This document shows positions 32,180 to 42,515 of a stretch of DNA of 64,000 bases, in pieces. Both the position numbers and the translations under genes were made by a program. The stretch covers positions 16,880 to 80,879 of the forward strand of contig CAVQFQ010000019.1 of assembly GCA_963711835.1 (NCBI GenBank). Direction: 5' to 3'. Source of the stretch: an uncultured delta proteobacterium (GTDB taxonomy: Bacteria; Desulfobacterota; RBG-13-43-22). Under the pieces are notes generated by a model, which saw only the letters and a list, made by a program, of their open reading frames with translations, searched no databases and was not told where the DNA came from. Every line of letters begins with the position of its first letter. The stretch's first letter is position 1.

Positions 32180-32815
32180 ATGAAAGGGAAGGGAAAAGAT
32201 ATGGGAAAGATGATTGAAGATCCGGAAGGGTATTTCAGACAATTTATTCCCTCTCGTGACGAAATTCTCCTGACCCTGGAAGAGGAAGCGGAGAGAGAGA
32301 AGATACCCATCATCGGGCCGGTTATGGGGCAACTCCTGACTATCTTAGTGCGGGCGGTCAAGGCTCGAAAGGTTCTGGAATTGGGCACGGCCATCGGATA
32401 CTCGGCGATTTACCTGGCCCGCGGCTTTGGTTCCTTTGAAGGCCGATTGATTTCGTTGGAAAAGGATCCCGATCTGGCCGAGAGGGCCCGTTGCAACCTT
32501 AAAAAGGCCGGGATTGAAAAAGGAGTCGAGATCAGGGTAGGGGAGGCCCTCCGACTTATGGCGTCCCTGGAAGATGACTTTGATTTTATTTTTATGGACA
32601 TCGACAAAGAGGGCTATCTAAGCCTCCTGCCGGAGTGCCGCCGTTTGCTCCGGGCCGGCGGCCTTCTGGTGACGGACAATGTGGCTTTTACGGCCTCCCA
32701 AGAATTTAATCAGGAAATCTTTTGTCAGAGTCAGTGGCAGACCCTGCATCTGCTGTCGTTTCTGCCCGGCCATTCCCCGGAACGGGATGGCTGGTCTCTG
32801 GCCCTGCGCCTCTAA
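32180..32815 (+). CDS. Class I SAM-dependent O-methyltransferase (caffeoyl-CoA O-methyltransferase-like)
   Basis: VLELGTAIGYSAIYLA SAM motif, then DFIFMDIDKEGY and LLVTDNV. Confidence 0.8.
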   Translation: MKGKGKDMGKMIEDPEGYFRQFIPSRDEILLTLEEEAEREKIPIIGPVMGQLLTILVRAVKARKVLELGTAIGYSAIYLARGFGSFEGRLISLEKDPDLAERARCNLKKAGIEKGVEIRVGEALRLMASLEDDFDFIFMDIDKEGYLSLLPECRRLLRAGGLLVTDNVAFTASQEFNQEIFCQSQWQTLHLLSFLPGHSPERDGWSLALRL

Positions 32816-32851
32816 CCTCGAAGTTGCATAAAACCGGTAAAAGGTTTGAAT

Positions 32852-32882
32852 AAAAAACCCCGGCCCTTTTGAAGGACCGGGG
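32852..32882 (-). terminator. Rho-independent terminator downstream of dnaK (also faces the methyltransferase gene)
   Basis: The minus strand reads CCCCGGTCC-TTCAAAAG-GGCCGGGG followed by TTTTTT. Confidence 0.7.
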
Positions 32883-32905
32883 TTTGAAAGGTCAGGGTTG
32901 GGTTG

Positions 32906-34819
32906 TTATTTTACTTCTTCAAAATCCGCATCCACTACGTCGTCGTCGGGTTTGCGGCCGCCGGAGGGGCCGGCCCCTTCCTGAGTACCGGCACCGGGAC
33001 CGCCCGCCTGCTGGGATGCCTGGGAATATATTTTTTCCGCCAGCTTGTGGGAGGTGCCGGTCAGTTCCTCGGTGAGCCGTTTGATCTCATCGGCGTCGTT
33101 TCCCTCCATGGCCTTCTTTAGACGTTCGACCGCCGAATCGATATCGGACTTAAGGGTGCCCTCAACCTTGTCGCCCAGGTCCTTTACCGTCTTTTCCGTA
33201 GTATAGATTAGGGTGTCGGCATGGTTGCGGGCCTCGGCCAGTTCCTTCTTCTTCCGATCTTCCTCGGCATGCATTTCAGCGTCTTTGACCAGCCGCTTGA
33301 TCTCCTCCTCATTCAGCCCGCTGGAAGCGGTGATCTTGATGGACTGTTCCTTCCCGGTCCCCAGGTCCTTGGCCGAGACGTGAACAATGCCGTTGGCATC
33401 GATATCAAAGGTGACCTCGATCTGAGGCATGCCCCGGGGGGCGGGAGGAATGCCCGTCAGTTCAAAACGTCCCAGGGTTTTGTTGTCGCCGGCCATCTCC
33501 CGTTCTCCCTGAAGCACATGGATCGAAACGGCCGGCTGGTTATCGCCTGCCGTGGAAAAGGTCTGGCTTTTTCGCGTCGGGATAGTGGTGTTTTTCTCAA
33601 TCAATTTGGTGAAAACTCCGCCCAGGGTTTCGATTCCAAGAGACAGAGGGGTCACATCCAGCAGCAGGACATCTTTGACCTCCCCCTTCAAAACCCCGGC
33701 TTGAATGGCCGCGCCGATGGCCACCACCTCATCCGGGTTGACTCCTTTATGGGGTTCCTTGCCGAAAAGATCCCGAACCTTTTGCTGGACCTTGGGCATA
33801 CGGGTCATGCCGCCCACCAAGATGACTTCATTGATCTGATCGGGAACCAACCCGGAGTCTTTTAAGGCGGTCCGACAGGGACCTTCAACCTTGTTGATCA
33901 ACTCCTCCACCAACATTTCCAGCTTGGCCCGGGTCAGCTTGATATTCAAATGTTTGGGGCCGCTGGCATCGGCGGTGATGAAGGGCAGGTTGATGTCCGT
34001 TTCCATGGAGGTGGAAAGTTCCATCTTGGCCTTTTCGGCAGCCTCCTTCAGACGCTGGAGGGCCATCTTGTCGTTCCTCAAATCAATCCCCTGATCCTTG
34101 CGGAATTCAGCGGCTAAATATTCGATGACCCTCAGATCGAAATCTTCTCCTCCCAGGTGGGTGTCCCCATTGGTCGATTTGACTTCAAAGACGCCCTCCC
34201 CAATCTCAAGGATGGAGATATCGAAGGTACCGCCGCCCAAGTCAAAGACGGCTATCTTTTCGTCCTTCTTTTTGTCCAGGCCGTAAGCCAGGGCAGCGGC
34301 CGTAGGTTCATTGATAATCCGCAGGACGTTCAATCCGGAAACCCGGCCGGCATCTTTGGTGGCCTGGCGCTGGCTGTCGTTAAAATAGGCCGGTACGGTA
34401 ACCACCGCGTCGGTCACTTTTTCCCCCAGATACTCTTCGGCGGTCTGTTTCATCTTAGTCAAGACCATGGCCGATATCTCCGCCGGGCTGTATTCCTTGC
34501 CCCGGATTTCTATATGGGCATCCCCGTTAGGGGCTTTGACTATCTTATAAGGTAAAATTTTTATGTCATCCTGGACTTCACGGGAATCAAATTTCCTCCC
34601 GATCAGTCTTTTGACGGCATATACCGTGTGGGTCGGGTTGGTGATAGCCTGCCGTTTGGCCACCTGGCCGACCAACCGTTCATTGTTTTCGGTAACGGAT
34701 ACCACGGAAGGGGTGGTACGGCTTCCTTCCACGTTGGCGATTACTTTTGGGTCTCCTCCCTCCATGATGGCTACACAGGAGTTGGTAGTACCCAGGTCAA
34801 TTCCAATGATCTTACTCAT
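32906..34819 (-). CDS. dnaK: Molecular chaperone DnaK (Hsp70)
   Basis: [17 protein letters not shown]..., DLGGGTFD, and a full-length 637-aa Hsp70. Confidence 0.98.
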   Translation of the reverse strand: MSKIIGIDLGTTNSCVAIMEGGDPKVIANVEGSRTTPSVVSVTENNERLVGQVAKRQAITNPTHTVYAVKRLIGRKFDSREVQDDIKILPYKIVKAPNGDAHIEIRGKEYSPAEISAMVLTKMKQTAEEYLGEKVTDAVVTVPAYFNDSQRQATKDAGRVSGLNVLRIINEPTAAALAYGLDKKKDEKIAVFDLGGGTFDISILEIGEGVFEVKSTNGDTHLGGEDFDLRVIEYLAAEFRKDQGIDLRNDKMALQRLKEAAEKAKMELSTSMETDINLPFITADASGPKHLNIKLTRAKLEMLVEELINKVEGPCRTALKDSGLVPDQINEVILVGGMTRMPKVQQKVRDLFGKEPHKGVNPDEVVAIGAAIQAGVLKGEVKDVLLLDVTPLSLGIETLGGVFTKLIEKNTTIPTRKSQTFSTAGDNQPAVSIHVLQGEREMAGDNKTLGRFELTGIPPAPRGMPQIEVTFDIDANGIVHVSAKDLGTGKEQSIKITASSGLNEEEIKRLVKDAEMHAEEDRKKKELAEARNHADTLIYTTEKTVKDLGDKVEGTLKSDIDSAVERLKKAMEGNDADEIKRLTEELTGTSHKLAEKIYSQASQQAGGPGAGTQEGAGPSGGRKPDDDVVDADFEEVK

Positions 34820-34865
34820 TTTCTCCTCCTTTATCTATTCAGCAAATGGTAGTCGAAGCCGGGGC

Positions 34866-35453
34866 TTAAGCCGTTCCGGCTTCGGATTCTTCTTCAGCAG
34901 TTAACTCGGGACTTTTGGAAACCACGACCATGGCCGGCCGCACCAGACGGTTGTGCAACTGGTAACCCCTCTGGATTTGCGTCAGAACCAGGCCGGGCGG
35001 CTGATCGGCATCCTGTTGAACCATAACGGCTTCATGCAGATTGGGATCAAATTCAGCGCCCTGGGCCTCAATCGGTTTGACTCCGAATTTTTCCAGGACG
35101 CTCAGAAACCCTTTATAAGTCAATTCGACTCCTTCCAGCAGGGTTTTGATATCTTCCGTTTCGCGTCCGTGATCGATGGCCCGATCCAGGTTGTCCAAAA
35201 CCGGGATCAAGTCTTTTACTAAACTTTCATTGGCAAATTTGCCGGTCTCAATTTTTTCCTTTTCGGCCCTCTTCTTGAAATTTTCGAATTCGGCCGAGAC
35301 CCTCAGGTATTTATCATAATTTTCCCCGGCTTCTTTAACTTTTTCCTGAAGCCGGGCTTCCGAGTCTTCTTCTTTGGCTTTATTGGGATGGTCTTCCTTC
35401 GGCCTGACTTCCTCAGGCTGGTCCGAATCATCCCTGATCTTAATTTTGTTCAA
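34866..35453 (-). CDS. grpE: Nucleotide exchange factor GrpE
   Basis: 195 aa. YLRVSAEFENFKKR and a C-terminal GYQLHNRLVRPAMVVV. Confidence 0.9.
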   Translation of the reverse strand: MNKIKIRDDSDQPEEVRPKEDHPNKAKEEDSEARLQEKVKEAGENYDKYLRVSAEFENFKKRAEKEKIETGKFANESLVKDLIPVLDNLDRAIDHGRETEDIKTLLEGVELTYKGFLSVLEKFGVKPIEAQGAEFDPNLHEAVMVQQDADQPPGLVLTQIQRGYQLHNRLVRPAMVVVSKSPELTAEEESEAGTA

Positions 35454-35504
35454 CCTTTTCTCCTTTGCTGGCCCGGATCCCGGCGCTGCCCGTTGGCTGC
35501 AAGG

Positions 35505-36542
35505 TTAAATCTTTTTTTCCAGGATCTGGCTGACCAGCTTAGCCGTATAATCCACGATCGGGATGACCCGGTCGTAGTTCATTCGGGTGGGCCCGATGAC
35601 GCCCAGGGTTCCGATGGGATAATTTTCTTTGGTATAAGAGGCCGTAATCACACTGCAGCCCCCCATTTCACTGATCTGGGTCTCGGATCCGATAAAGATC
35701 TGAATCCCGATGGCACGGATACTTTTTTCCAGCAGCCGGACCAGGATGCTTTTTTCTTCAAAGGCCTTGAAGAGATCTCTCAAGGTTTCCATCCGGCTGA
35801 ATTCCGGGTATTGCATCAGGTTGGTCTGGCCTTCGATATAGACCTCGCCCTCGACCTCATCTCCCAGGGCCTGGTTGGATATTTTTAAGGCCTTGGAAAG
35901 CAAGGTGTCGAACTGGATCTTGTCCTTTTTCATTTCTTCCAGGATTTTTAGTTTGACTTGATCCAGAGTCAGGTTGCTGAGCAGTTCATTCAGGTATTGG
36001 GTCAAATGGTCCAACTCGTTCTGAGAAAGACTTTCCTCGATCTCGATCAGTTTATTTTGCACCAATCCGGCCTGGGTAACCAGGACGACCAGGAGCAGGG
36101 CATCCCGTAACATGATAAATTCGATATGCTTAAAAATGGTCGCGGAAGATTTCGGTTTGGAAACCACGGCCGCCTGTTCGGTAATGACCGCCAGCATCTT
36201 CGAGGTGGTTTTCAGCAACTCGTCAACCTCCTGACCGCTGTCCTTCAGGTAGCCTTGGATCCTCCTCTTTTCAACCTCGGCCAGGGGGCGGAGTTCCAGG
36301 ATTGAGTTTACATAGAAACGCAATCCGGTCTCAGTCGGGACCCTTCCGGCCGAGATGTGGGGCTGGCTGATCAGACCCATATCCTCCAGGTCGGCCATGA
36401 TGTTTCGAATGGTGGCCGGGCTGAGACGCAAATGGCTCTTTTTGGAAACGGACCGCGACCCCACCGGTTCGGCGGTTTCTATGTAATCTTGAATGATGGC
36501 GTCCAGTATGGACCGCCCTCTTTCATTCAGTACGATGGCCAT
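35505..36542 (-). CDS. hrcA: Heat-inducible transcription repressor HrcA
   Basis: LNERGRSILDAIIQDYIETAEPVGSRSV and the hrcA-grpE-dnaK order. Confidence 0.9.
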   Translation of the reverse strand: MAIVLNERGRSILDAIIQDYIETAEPVGSRSVSKKSHLRLSPATIRNIMADLEDMGLISQPHISAGRVPTETGLRFYVNSILELRPLAEVEKRRIQGYLKDSGQEVDELLKTTSKMLAVITEQAAVVSKPKSSATIFKHIEFIMLRDALLLVVLVTQAGLVQNKLIEIEESLSQNELDHLTQYLNELLSNLTLDQVKLKILEEMKKDKIQFDTLLSKALKISNQALGDEVEGEVYIEGQTNLMQYPEFSRMETLRDLFKAFEEKSILVRLLEKSIRAIGIQIFIGSETQISEMGGCSVITASYTKENYPIGTLGVIGPTRMNYDRVIPIVDYTAKLVSQILEKKI

Positions 36543-36709
36543 ATTAAATCACGTGTCCTTGGCGTTTCTGCCAAAAAGTTATGCTAAATCTAATTATAAT
36601 AGGCATCTTTGTCAAGCCTTAAGGCCTTTATTCCGGCCTGCTCAAAAGAAGGCTGGTAAAAAAGGAACTCCATGGTATAATTGAAAAAAATCAAAGGGGA
36701 GTCTTGCCC

Positions 36710-37720
36710 ATGAAAGATCTCGACCTGGCCTGTCCCTCTGGAAAAAAAGACCCTCCCGAGAAGGCAGCGGATGAGTGCCGGCATCCCTCCCTCTACCGGG
36801 AGGAGCTTCCCGGAATCGTTGCCGAGCTGGTTGAAAGCTGTCAGGACCCGGAAACCTTCCACCATCTGAACCTGGTGGGCCTCCCGTCCCGTCAAGCGGT
36901 CATAGAGATTGTGGAACGGCTCAAAAAGGTCCTTTTCCCAGGATACTTTGGCGAAAACGAGGTGGATGGATATAATTTGACCTACCAGATCGGGAATGAA
37001 ATCAACGCCCTTTTTGAACTTTTTTCAAGGCAGATAACTTTGAGCATCCGCCATGAATGCCGGCGCTATCAGCAGGTCTGCACCTTGTGTCAGGATAGGG
37101 GGCAGCAGGAAGCCATCCATTTTCTTGAACAATTGCCGGGACTTCGAAAAATTCTGGCCGATGATGTTCGGGCCGCCCTGCAGGGTGATCCAGCGGCCAA
37201 GAGCTTTGATGAAATTATCTTTAGCTATCCGAGCATCCTGGCTATTCTGACTTATAGGGCGGCCCATGAACTTTTTCACCAGGAAGTGCCCTTGATTCCC
37301 AGGATGATGACAGAATATGCCCATAATATCACCGGAATCGATATCCATCCCGGGGCCCACATCGGCCGTCATTTCTTTATTGATCATGGCACCGGAGTAG
37401 TGATAGGGGAGACTTGCATCATCGGGGATCATGTGCGTCTCTATCAGGGGGTAACCCTGGGGGCCTTAAGCTTGCCCATGGAAGAAAAGGGAGACCTTCT
37501 GAGAACCATGAGGCGTCATCCCACCCTTGAGGATCGGGTGACCATTTACGCCGGGGCTACGATCCTGGGCGGGGATACCGTTATAGGGGCCGGATCCGTT
37601 ATCGGGGGAAATGTCTGGCTGACCCGGTCAGTTCCTCCCGGAACCACGGTCATGATCGAAACTCCTAAACTTCGCTATAAAGAGGAACATAAGGAAGTGA
37701 CGAGTACGAGTAAAATGTGA
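36710..37720 (+). CDS. cysE: Serine O-acetyltransferase (long N-terminal form)
   Basis: Hexapeptide region GIDIHPGAHIGRHFFIDHGTGVVIGETCIIGDHVRLYQGVTLG. Confidence 0.85.
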   Translation: MKDLDLACPSGKKDPPEKAADECRHPSLYREELPGIVAELVESCQDPETFHHLNLVGLPSRQAVIEIVERLKKVLFPGYFGENEVDGYNLTYQIGNEINALFELFSRQITLSIRHECRRYQQVCTLCQDRGQQEAIHFLEQLPGLRKILADDVRAALQGDPAAKSFDEIIFSYPSILAILTYRAAHELFHQEVPLIPRMMTEYAHNITGIDIHPGAHIGRHFFIDHGTGVVIGETCIIGDHVRLYQGVTLGALSLPMEEKGDLLRTMRRHPTLEDRVTIYAGATILGGDTVIGAGSVIGGNVWLTRSVPPGTTVMIETPKLRYKEEHKEVTSTSKM

Positions 37721-37769
37721 CGAGTGACGGGTGCCGGGGGAGATGGGCGATGGCTGACAAATTCTATGG

Positions 37770-37813
37770 ATCCAGAAATCCAGTATCCAGTATCCAGTAT
37801 CCGGCATCCGGTA
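37770..37813. repeat. Tandem heptamer tract (ATCCAGT x3 degenerating to ATCCGGC ATCCGGT)
   Basis: Read directly. It follows a GTGACGAGT/ACGAGT word tract (37699-37735) that also encodes the CysE C-terminal tail. Confidence 0.7.
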
Positions 37814-37817
37814 CCGA

Positions 37818-39218
37818 GTGACAAATATGATCAGTTCAACTTTCTTTAAATCCCTGATCCAGGATGCGGTCTATGAACTGGAAAAGGTTTTCCCTTATGC
37901 CTCCGGGCTGGCCTTGGAAACCTGGGGGGAGCGGCTGACCGTCCAGACCAGACAACAACAGGCCGAACCCCTGGATCCGTTCCGGGGCCTGGTCCTGACG
38001 GCCTTCAATGGCCGCAGCTTTCTGGAGACTGCCTCTCATAATCCAACCCCGGAAGGTCTCCAGGAGGCGGTAAAAAAACTCCAGGACCTAGGGAAAGACC
38101 GGGGGGTCTTCTATAACGGCCCGCCGGTCGATCCGGGGCCTAAAATGGAAAAGGATTTTTTCGTTCCCATTGAAAAATACCCTGAAGCCATACCTCTTCA
38201 GGAAAAGATCCAGGCCTGCCGGGATATCAAGGACCGGCTCCACGACCAAGATAAGCGGATTGTCCAGGCTACCTGCCAGTATGCGCATGTCCGGAACAGG
38301 GAACTGTTCATCAACAGGAATAAGGTCCTTTTCCAGGATTTGCGGCGGACCCAGATGGTGGCCATGATTGTAATGAGGGAAAAAGATCAGTCCGTGACCC
38401 TGCACACCGGCCAGGCCCTTCAGGGAGGCTATGAAAAGGCCTTTATCCCGGAAACTAAACTGGCTCAACTGGTCAGGGATTGCGAAAAATTGCTTTTCGC
38501 CCCCCGTCTCCGCCCCGGGTATTATGAGTGCATTTTCTCCCCGGATTTTTCAGGGATCTTTGCCCATGAGGCCTTCGGCCATGGCATGGAAACCGACATG
38601 TTTTTAAAAAAACGGGCCAGAGGTGAGGACTATCTGGGCAGGGCAGTGGCTTCCGAATTGGTCGATATGTTTGACTCCCCGGCCTTGCCGGGTCAGGCCG
38701 CTTCCTTCTATTTTGACCACGAAGGTGAACCGGCCAAAGAGACCCAGATTATTAAGAAGGGTATCCTGAAAAGGGGGCTGACCGATCTCAATTCGGCCCT
38801 GCGGCTGGGCTTGCCGCGTTCGGCCAACGGCCGCCGGGAATCTTTTGAACGAAAGGTCTATGCCCGGATGACCAATACCTATTTCGGGCCGGGAGAACAG
38901 ACCTTGGATGAAATGCTGGCCTCCACCAACCAGGGTTTTTTCCTGGATCATCCCTCCAATGGAATGGAAGATCCTAAGGGCTGGGGAATCCAACTGGAAG
39001 GCTATTATGCCGAGGAGATCCGGGAAGGAAATTTGACCGGAAACATCTTCAGCCCGGTCATCATCACCGGATATGTCCCGGATCTGCTCCGGTCCATCTC
39101 CATGGTTGGAAATACCCTGGAGATCAGTGGTCTGGGGATGTGCGGTAAAGGGCACAAGGAATGGGTCAAGGTGACCGACGGGGGGCCTTATCTGAAGCTT
39201 CGGGCCAGACTGGCCTAA
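37818..39218 (+). CDS. tldD: TldD-type metalloprotease (TldD/PmbA family)
   Basis: 466 aa with the HEAFGHGME zinc motif and a C-terminal TldD/PmbA fold signature. Confidence 0.85.
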   Translation: MTNMISSTFFKSLIQDAVYELEKVFPYASGLALETWGERLTVQTRQQQAEPLDPFRGLVLTAFNGRSFLETASHNPTPEGLQEAVKKLQDLGKDRGVFYNGPPVDPGPKMEKDFFVPIEKYPEAIPLQEKIQACRDIKDRLHDQDKRIVQATCQYAHVRNRELFINRNKVLFQDLRRTQMVAMIVMREKDQSVTLHTGQALQGGYEKAFIPETKLAQLVRDCEKLLFAPRLRPGYYECIFSPDFSGIFAHEAFGHGMETDMFLKKRARGEDYLGRAVASELVDMFDSPALPGQAASFYFDHEGEPAKETQIIKKGILKRGLTDLNSALRLGLPRSANGRRESFERKVYARMTNTYFGPGEQTLDEMLASTNQGFFLDHPSNGMEDPKGWGIQLEGYYAEEIREGNLTGNIFSPVIITGYVPDLLRSISMVGNTLEISGLGMCGKGHKEWVKVTDGGPYLKLRARLA

Positions 39219-39299
39219 ACCCGCCAAGCGGTCTGCGGTGATAGCCGGCAAAAACCTTTTCCGACTTGTTCGGGGTGGAGGGGTCTGCAGGGAAGGATC

Positions 39300-40595
39300 A
39301 TGGATATCAAACAAATTCGGAAAGAAATAGAAAAGCTAACCGGCTTGTCGGCCTGGGAGATTCGCCGGCATCGGAAAAAAAGCCTTCAGCGGTATTTGAT
39401 CTTCGACCAAATGGAAGCCCAACGGCAGGTGGAAACCGAAAAATTCGGGGTGAGTCTTTATACGATTCGCAATCAAGAGGGCTTAAAGGTACTCGGGGAA
39501 TCTTCTCTGGTCCTATCGGAAGGAGATGATATTCGTGAACGGATCCGTACGGCCTTTGAGATGGCCGGACTGATTGCCAACCCTGTTTTTGCCCTTCCGG
39601 GAAAAGGGCTGATCTATGAAGAGGTCGGGATCCGGGACCCGGACCTGAGAGACCATCCCTTATCCTATCTGGATCAAATCCAGGAGGACCTGGTTGCCGC
39701 TCCCCTGCCGGGGGTAAAAAGAAGCTCGGCCGAGATCTATATTGAAGAAAAGGAATTTTTTCTAGTAAATTCCAACGGCCTGGAAAGGGGCGAGACTTCT
39801 TCCGAGATCCTGGTGGAATTTGTTCTACTGGCCGAAAAAGGGGCGCTCTTAGAGGGGGAAAGCCAGGCCACCCGACGGGCCCGATTCTATAAGGATCTCC
39901 ATCTGACCGAAACCCTGGAAGACTATGCCCGCTTTGCCCGGGAAGCCCAGAAGGCCGGCCTTCCGAAAAGCGGGACGTATCCGGTGGTTTTTTCCGGAGA
40001 GGCCCTGGATACCTTGTTCAACTTTTTTGTCCTGCAGAGCTCAGGACCGGCCGGTTTTCAAAACTGGTCCCAGTTTCATTTGGAGCAAGCGGTTATTCAA
40101 GAGATAACCGGAGAGCCCTTGACCTTGTTCAGCAACCCGGCTTTTTCCTGGGGATTAAGGAGCCGGTCTCTTGACGAGAACGGGCTGCCCTTGCAGCGGG
40201 TTGAGGTTATTCGGGAGAATATCTTTAAGAAGAGGATGAATAACAAACGGTATGCGGATTATCTTCAGGAACAACCTACCGGAGACTTCTCCAATATCGA
40301 GGTAAAAAGCGGGGCTCAATCGGAAGGGGCCCTGCTGTCAGGGTCCCCTTGTTATTATCTGTTCCGGTTTTCCACCTTTGAACCGAATCCCATTACCGGG
40401 GCCTTCTCCGGAGAGATCCGGACCGGGTATTTGATCCGGGATGGTCAGCGACAGCCGGTTAAAGGCGGTTCTGTTTCCGGACGCATGCAGGAAGCCTTCC
40501 GGAGGGCCTTTTTTTCTAAAGAGAGCACCCAAAGGGAAGCCTATTTCGGCCCGGCCGCGGTGCGGATTGAGAAGTTAGAAATAGCGGGGGAATGA
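39300..40595 (+). CDS. PmbA/TldE-like partner protein (TldD/PmbA family, no HExxH seen)
   Basis: 431 aa, adjacent to tldD. C-terminal GAFSGEIRTGYLIRDG resembles the family. I saw no HExxxH motif. Confidence 0.75.
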   Translation: MDIKQIRKEIEKLTGLSAWEIRRHRKKSLQRYLIFDQMEAQRQVETEKFGVSLYTIRNQEGLKVLGESSLVLSEGDDIRERIRTAFEMAGLIANPVFALPGKGLIYEEVGIRDPDLRDHPLSYLDQIQEDLVAAPLPGVKRSSAEIYIEEKEFFLVNSNGLERGETSSEILVEFVLLAEKGALLEGESQATRRARFYKDLHLTETLEDYARFAREAQKAGLPKSGTYPVVFSGEALDTLFNFFVLQSSGPAGFQNWSQFHLEQAVIQEITGEPLTLFSNPAFSWGLRSRSLDENGLPLQRVEVIRENIFKKRMNNKRYADYLQEQPTGDFSNIEVKSGAQSEGALLSGSPCYYLFRFSTFEPNPITGAFSGEIRTGYLIRDGQRQPVKGGSVSGRMQEAFRRAFFSKESTQREAYFGPAAVRIEKLEIAGE

Positions 40596-40626
40596 AAAAA
40601 TATGTGTTAAAGGGGTCAAGGATCAA

Positions 40627-40693
40627 GGGGTCGAGGGTTCGAGTGAAAAACACTAAAAAGTAAAATGGCCTTTCCTGGAACCCTGGAATCCCC
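40627..40693 (+). repeat. Intergenic hairpin repeat, family G copy 2
   Basis: GGGGTCGAGGGTTC-GAGTGAAAAA...-GAACCCTGGAATCCCC, with the same GGGTTC-NAGTGAAA organisation as 24426-24490. Confidence 0.5.
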
Positions 40694-40743
40694 GGTCCCT
40701 GTTGGTCACTATTATTTTCAAACTGTTAATAAAGGGAGGCAGC

Positions 40744-41226
40744 ATGGAATTACTTATTCAAAAACTGGAAATTCCGGAGGGGGCCAATGTTATTTTCGGC
40801 CAGTCGCATTTTGTCAAAACCGTAGAAGACCTGTACGAGATCCTGGTCGGATCCGTGCCGGGAATAAAGTTTGGGCTGGCCTTCAGCGAGGCCTCCGGAC
40901 ATTGCCATATCCGAAGCGTCGGGAATGATCCGGATCTGGAGGCGGCCGCTATTCGGAATACCCAAAACCTTCAAGCCGGCCATACCTTCAATATCCTGAT
41001 GAGGCAGGGCTTTCCCATCAATGTGCTCAATGCCGTCAAGAATTGCCAGGAAGTCTGTACGATATTCTGCGCCACGGCCAACCCTGTGGAAGTCATCCTG
41101 GCCCGGACCGAACAGGGCTGCGGGGTCTTAGGGGTCATTGACGGATCATCCCCCAAGGGTCTGGAAGGGGAGGAGGGCAAGGCTTGGCGGAAGGATCTCC
41201 TGCGAAAATTCGGTTATAAGCTTTAA
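40744..41226 (+). CDS. Adenosine-specific kinase family protein (PF04008-like)
   Basis: MELLIQKLEIPEGANVIFGQSHFVKTVEDLYEILVGSVPGIKFGLAF...INVLNAVKNCQEVC...GVLGVIDG matches my memory of this family. AAGGGAGG lies upstream. Confidence 0.7.
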   Translation: MELLIQKLEIPEGANVIFGQSHFVKTVEDLYEILVGSVPGIKFGLAFSEASGHCHIRSVGNDPDLEAAAIRNTQNLQAGHTFNILMRQGFPINVLNAVKNCQEVCTIFCATANPVEVILARTEQGCGVLGVIDGSSPKGLEGEEGKAWRKDLLRKFGYKL

Positions 41227-41236
41227 AGGGGGAAGT

Positions 41237-41581
41237 ATGGTCAGGTCTCGACTCTGGCTGCAGTGTGCGGCCATGCACGACCCGGTTTCGCCGGTTTTAG
41301 TGCAACCGGCCATTATCGGTTGGGAGGCGAAAAAACGATCCATCAGTTTGACCATCGAGAGGCCCTTTAAAGGAGAGGAACTTCTGATGCGCATGAAGGG
41401 CTGGGTGACCGCGGATCCCAAGGAGGTCCTGGGCCTGATTAAACCGGAAGGATTTTTAAAGGTCTATGATCAAGGCCAACTGGTGGTGGAAGCGGATTCC
41501 GAAAACCTGTTGGATCAGATCCAACAGCGATTGGCGGCCCGTTTCGGGGATCGGGTTTTTTTAGAGCCGATGCCCGATTGA
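41237..41581 (+). CDS. Hypothetical protein
   Basis: 114-aa ORF from ATG 41237 in the same direction as its neighbours. No family recognised. Confidence 0.4.
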   Translation: MVRSRLWLQCAAMHDPVSPVLVQPAIIGWEAKKRSISLTIERPFKGEELLMRMKGWVTADPKEVLGLIKPEGFLKVYDQGQLVVEADSENLLDQIQQRLAARFGDRVFLEPMPD

Positions 41582-41600
41582 TTTTGGAGATTTAAATTAA

Positions 41601-42509
41601 ATGGTTCATCCGGAAGAACGAAGATTAGTGGTGCCGGCCTTTCTCAGAAAAGGAGATACCATCGGGATCATTACACCGGCCAGTCCCTATGACTCAGGAC
41701 TCTTGATGGAGGGTCAAAAGATCTTGAGGCATTGGGGATTTCAGGTCCGCTTAGGCAGGGCGGGATTCCGTAAGAAACATTACCTGGCCGGGAGCGACAG
41801 GGAACGGGCGGAGGAACTGACCGAGTTTTTCCTTGACCCGGAGATCAAGGCCGTCATCTGCTCCCGGGGGGGGTACGGGACCCTGAGGCTCCTGGAGCAC
41901 TTGGATTTTAAAAGACTGGCCCAGGCCCCCAAGATTTTCATGGGCTTCAGCGATATTACGGTCTTGCTGCTGGCCTTCTGGCAGAAAACCCGGCTGATGA
42001 CCTTTCATGGCCCGATGGTCACCACGCTGAAGCGTGTCAAAACCCCGGTCTTAAACCGGGTCAGGGAGACCTTGGAAGGTAATTTTCAGGTCACGATTCA
42101 ACTCCCTCAGCGGGGCTGCCTTCATCCGGGCCAAGGAAGCGGCTTTCTTTTAGGCGGGAATCTCACTCTCTTGACCCATTTGATCGGGACCCCTTTCGAA
42201 CCGCAGTGGGATCAGGCCGTCCTATTTCTTGAAGATGAAGGCGAAGACCTTTATCGTTTGGACCGTCTCTTCATGCACCTGCGTTTAAGCGGTGTTTTAG
42301 GTAGAATCTCCGCGCTGCTCTTGGGCCGGTTTGTGCCCGAGGAACGGAAATCCCAATTCCTGAAGATGATCAGGGAAGTCCTGGGCGATCCGGATATCCC
42401 GGTCTGGAGCGGTATGCCTGTCGGCCATGGCGATCAGAATATCCCCTTGCCCATAGGTGCTCCGGCCTTTTTTGACGGGGAAGCCGGTCTCCTTACCATT
42501 CCATTGTAG
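41601..42509 (+). CDS. LD-carboxypeptidase (peptidase S66, LdcA-like)
   Basis: GDTIGIITPASP, RGGYGTLRLL, GFSDITVL and a C-terminal GHGDQNIPLPIG. Confidence 0.85.
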   Translation: MVHPEERRLVVPAFLRKGDTIGIITPASPYDSGLLMEGQKILRHWGFQVRLGRAGFRKKHYLAGSDRERAEELTEFFLDPEIKAVICSRGGYGTLRLLEHLDFKRLAQAPKIFMGFSDITVLLLAFWQKTRLMTFHGPMVTTLKRVKTPVLNRVRETLEGNFQVTIQLPQRGCLHPGQGSGFLLGGNLTLLTHLIGTPFEPQWDQAVLFLEDEGEDLYRLDRLFMHLRLSGVLGRISALLLGRFVPEERKSQFLKMIREVLGDPDIPVWSGMPVGHGDQNIPLPIGAPAFFDGEAGLLTIPL

Positions 42510-42515
42510 TCCCGC

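Noticed and set aside
36543-36709. Search for a CIRCE operator (TTAGCACTC-N9-GAGTGCTAA) upstream of hrcA
   Set aside because: Only a weak resemblance was found (TTAGCATAAC...). I also found no convincing inverted repeat of the CIRCE type here or upstream of grpE/dnaK, so no CIRCE feature is reported.
37770-37813. Possible CRISPR array (heptamer tract), and the five dispersed palindromic elements considered as CRISPR-like repeats
   Set aside because: The heptamers are contiguous with no spacers. The large elements are 5-20 kb apart, about 215-330 bp long and internally palindromic, and no cas genes are present.
38604-39314. 236-aa minus-strand ORF, and similar long antisense ORFs at 5550-6242, 23507-24082, 24538-25131, 33221-33865 and 61598-62080
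   Set aside because: Each lies opposite a confidently identified gene (tldD, macB remnant, pheS, pheT, dnaK, thyA-like). None shows family signatures or its own ribosome-binding site.
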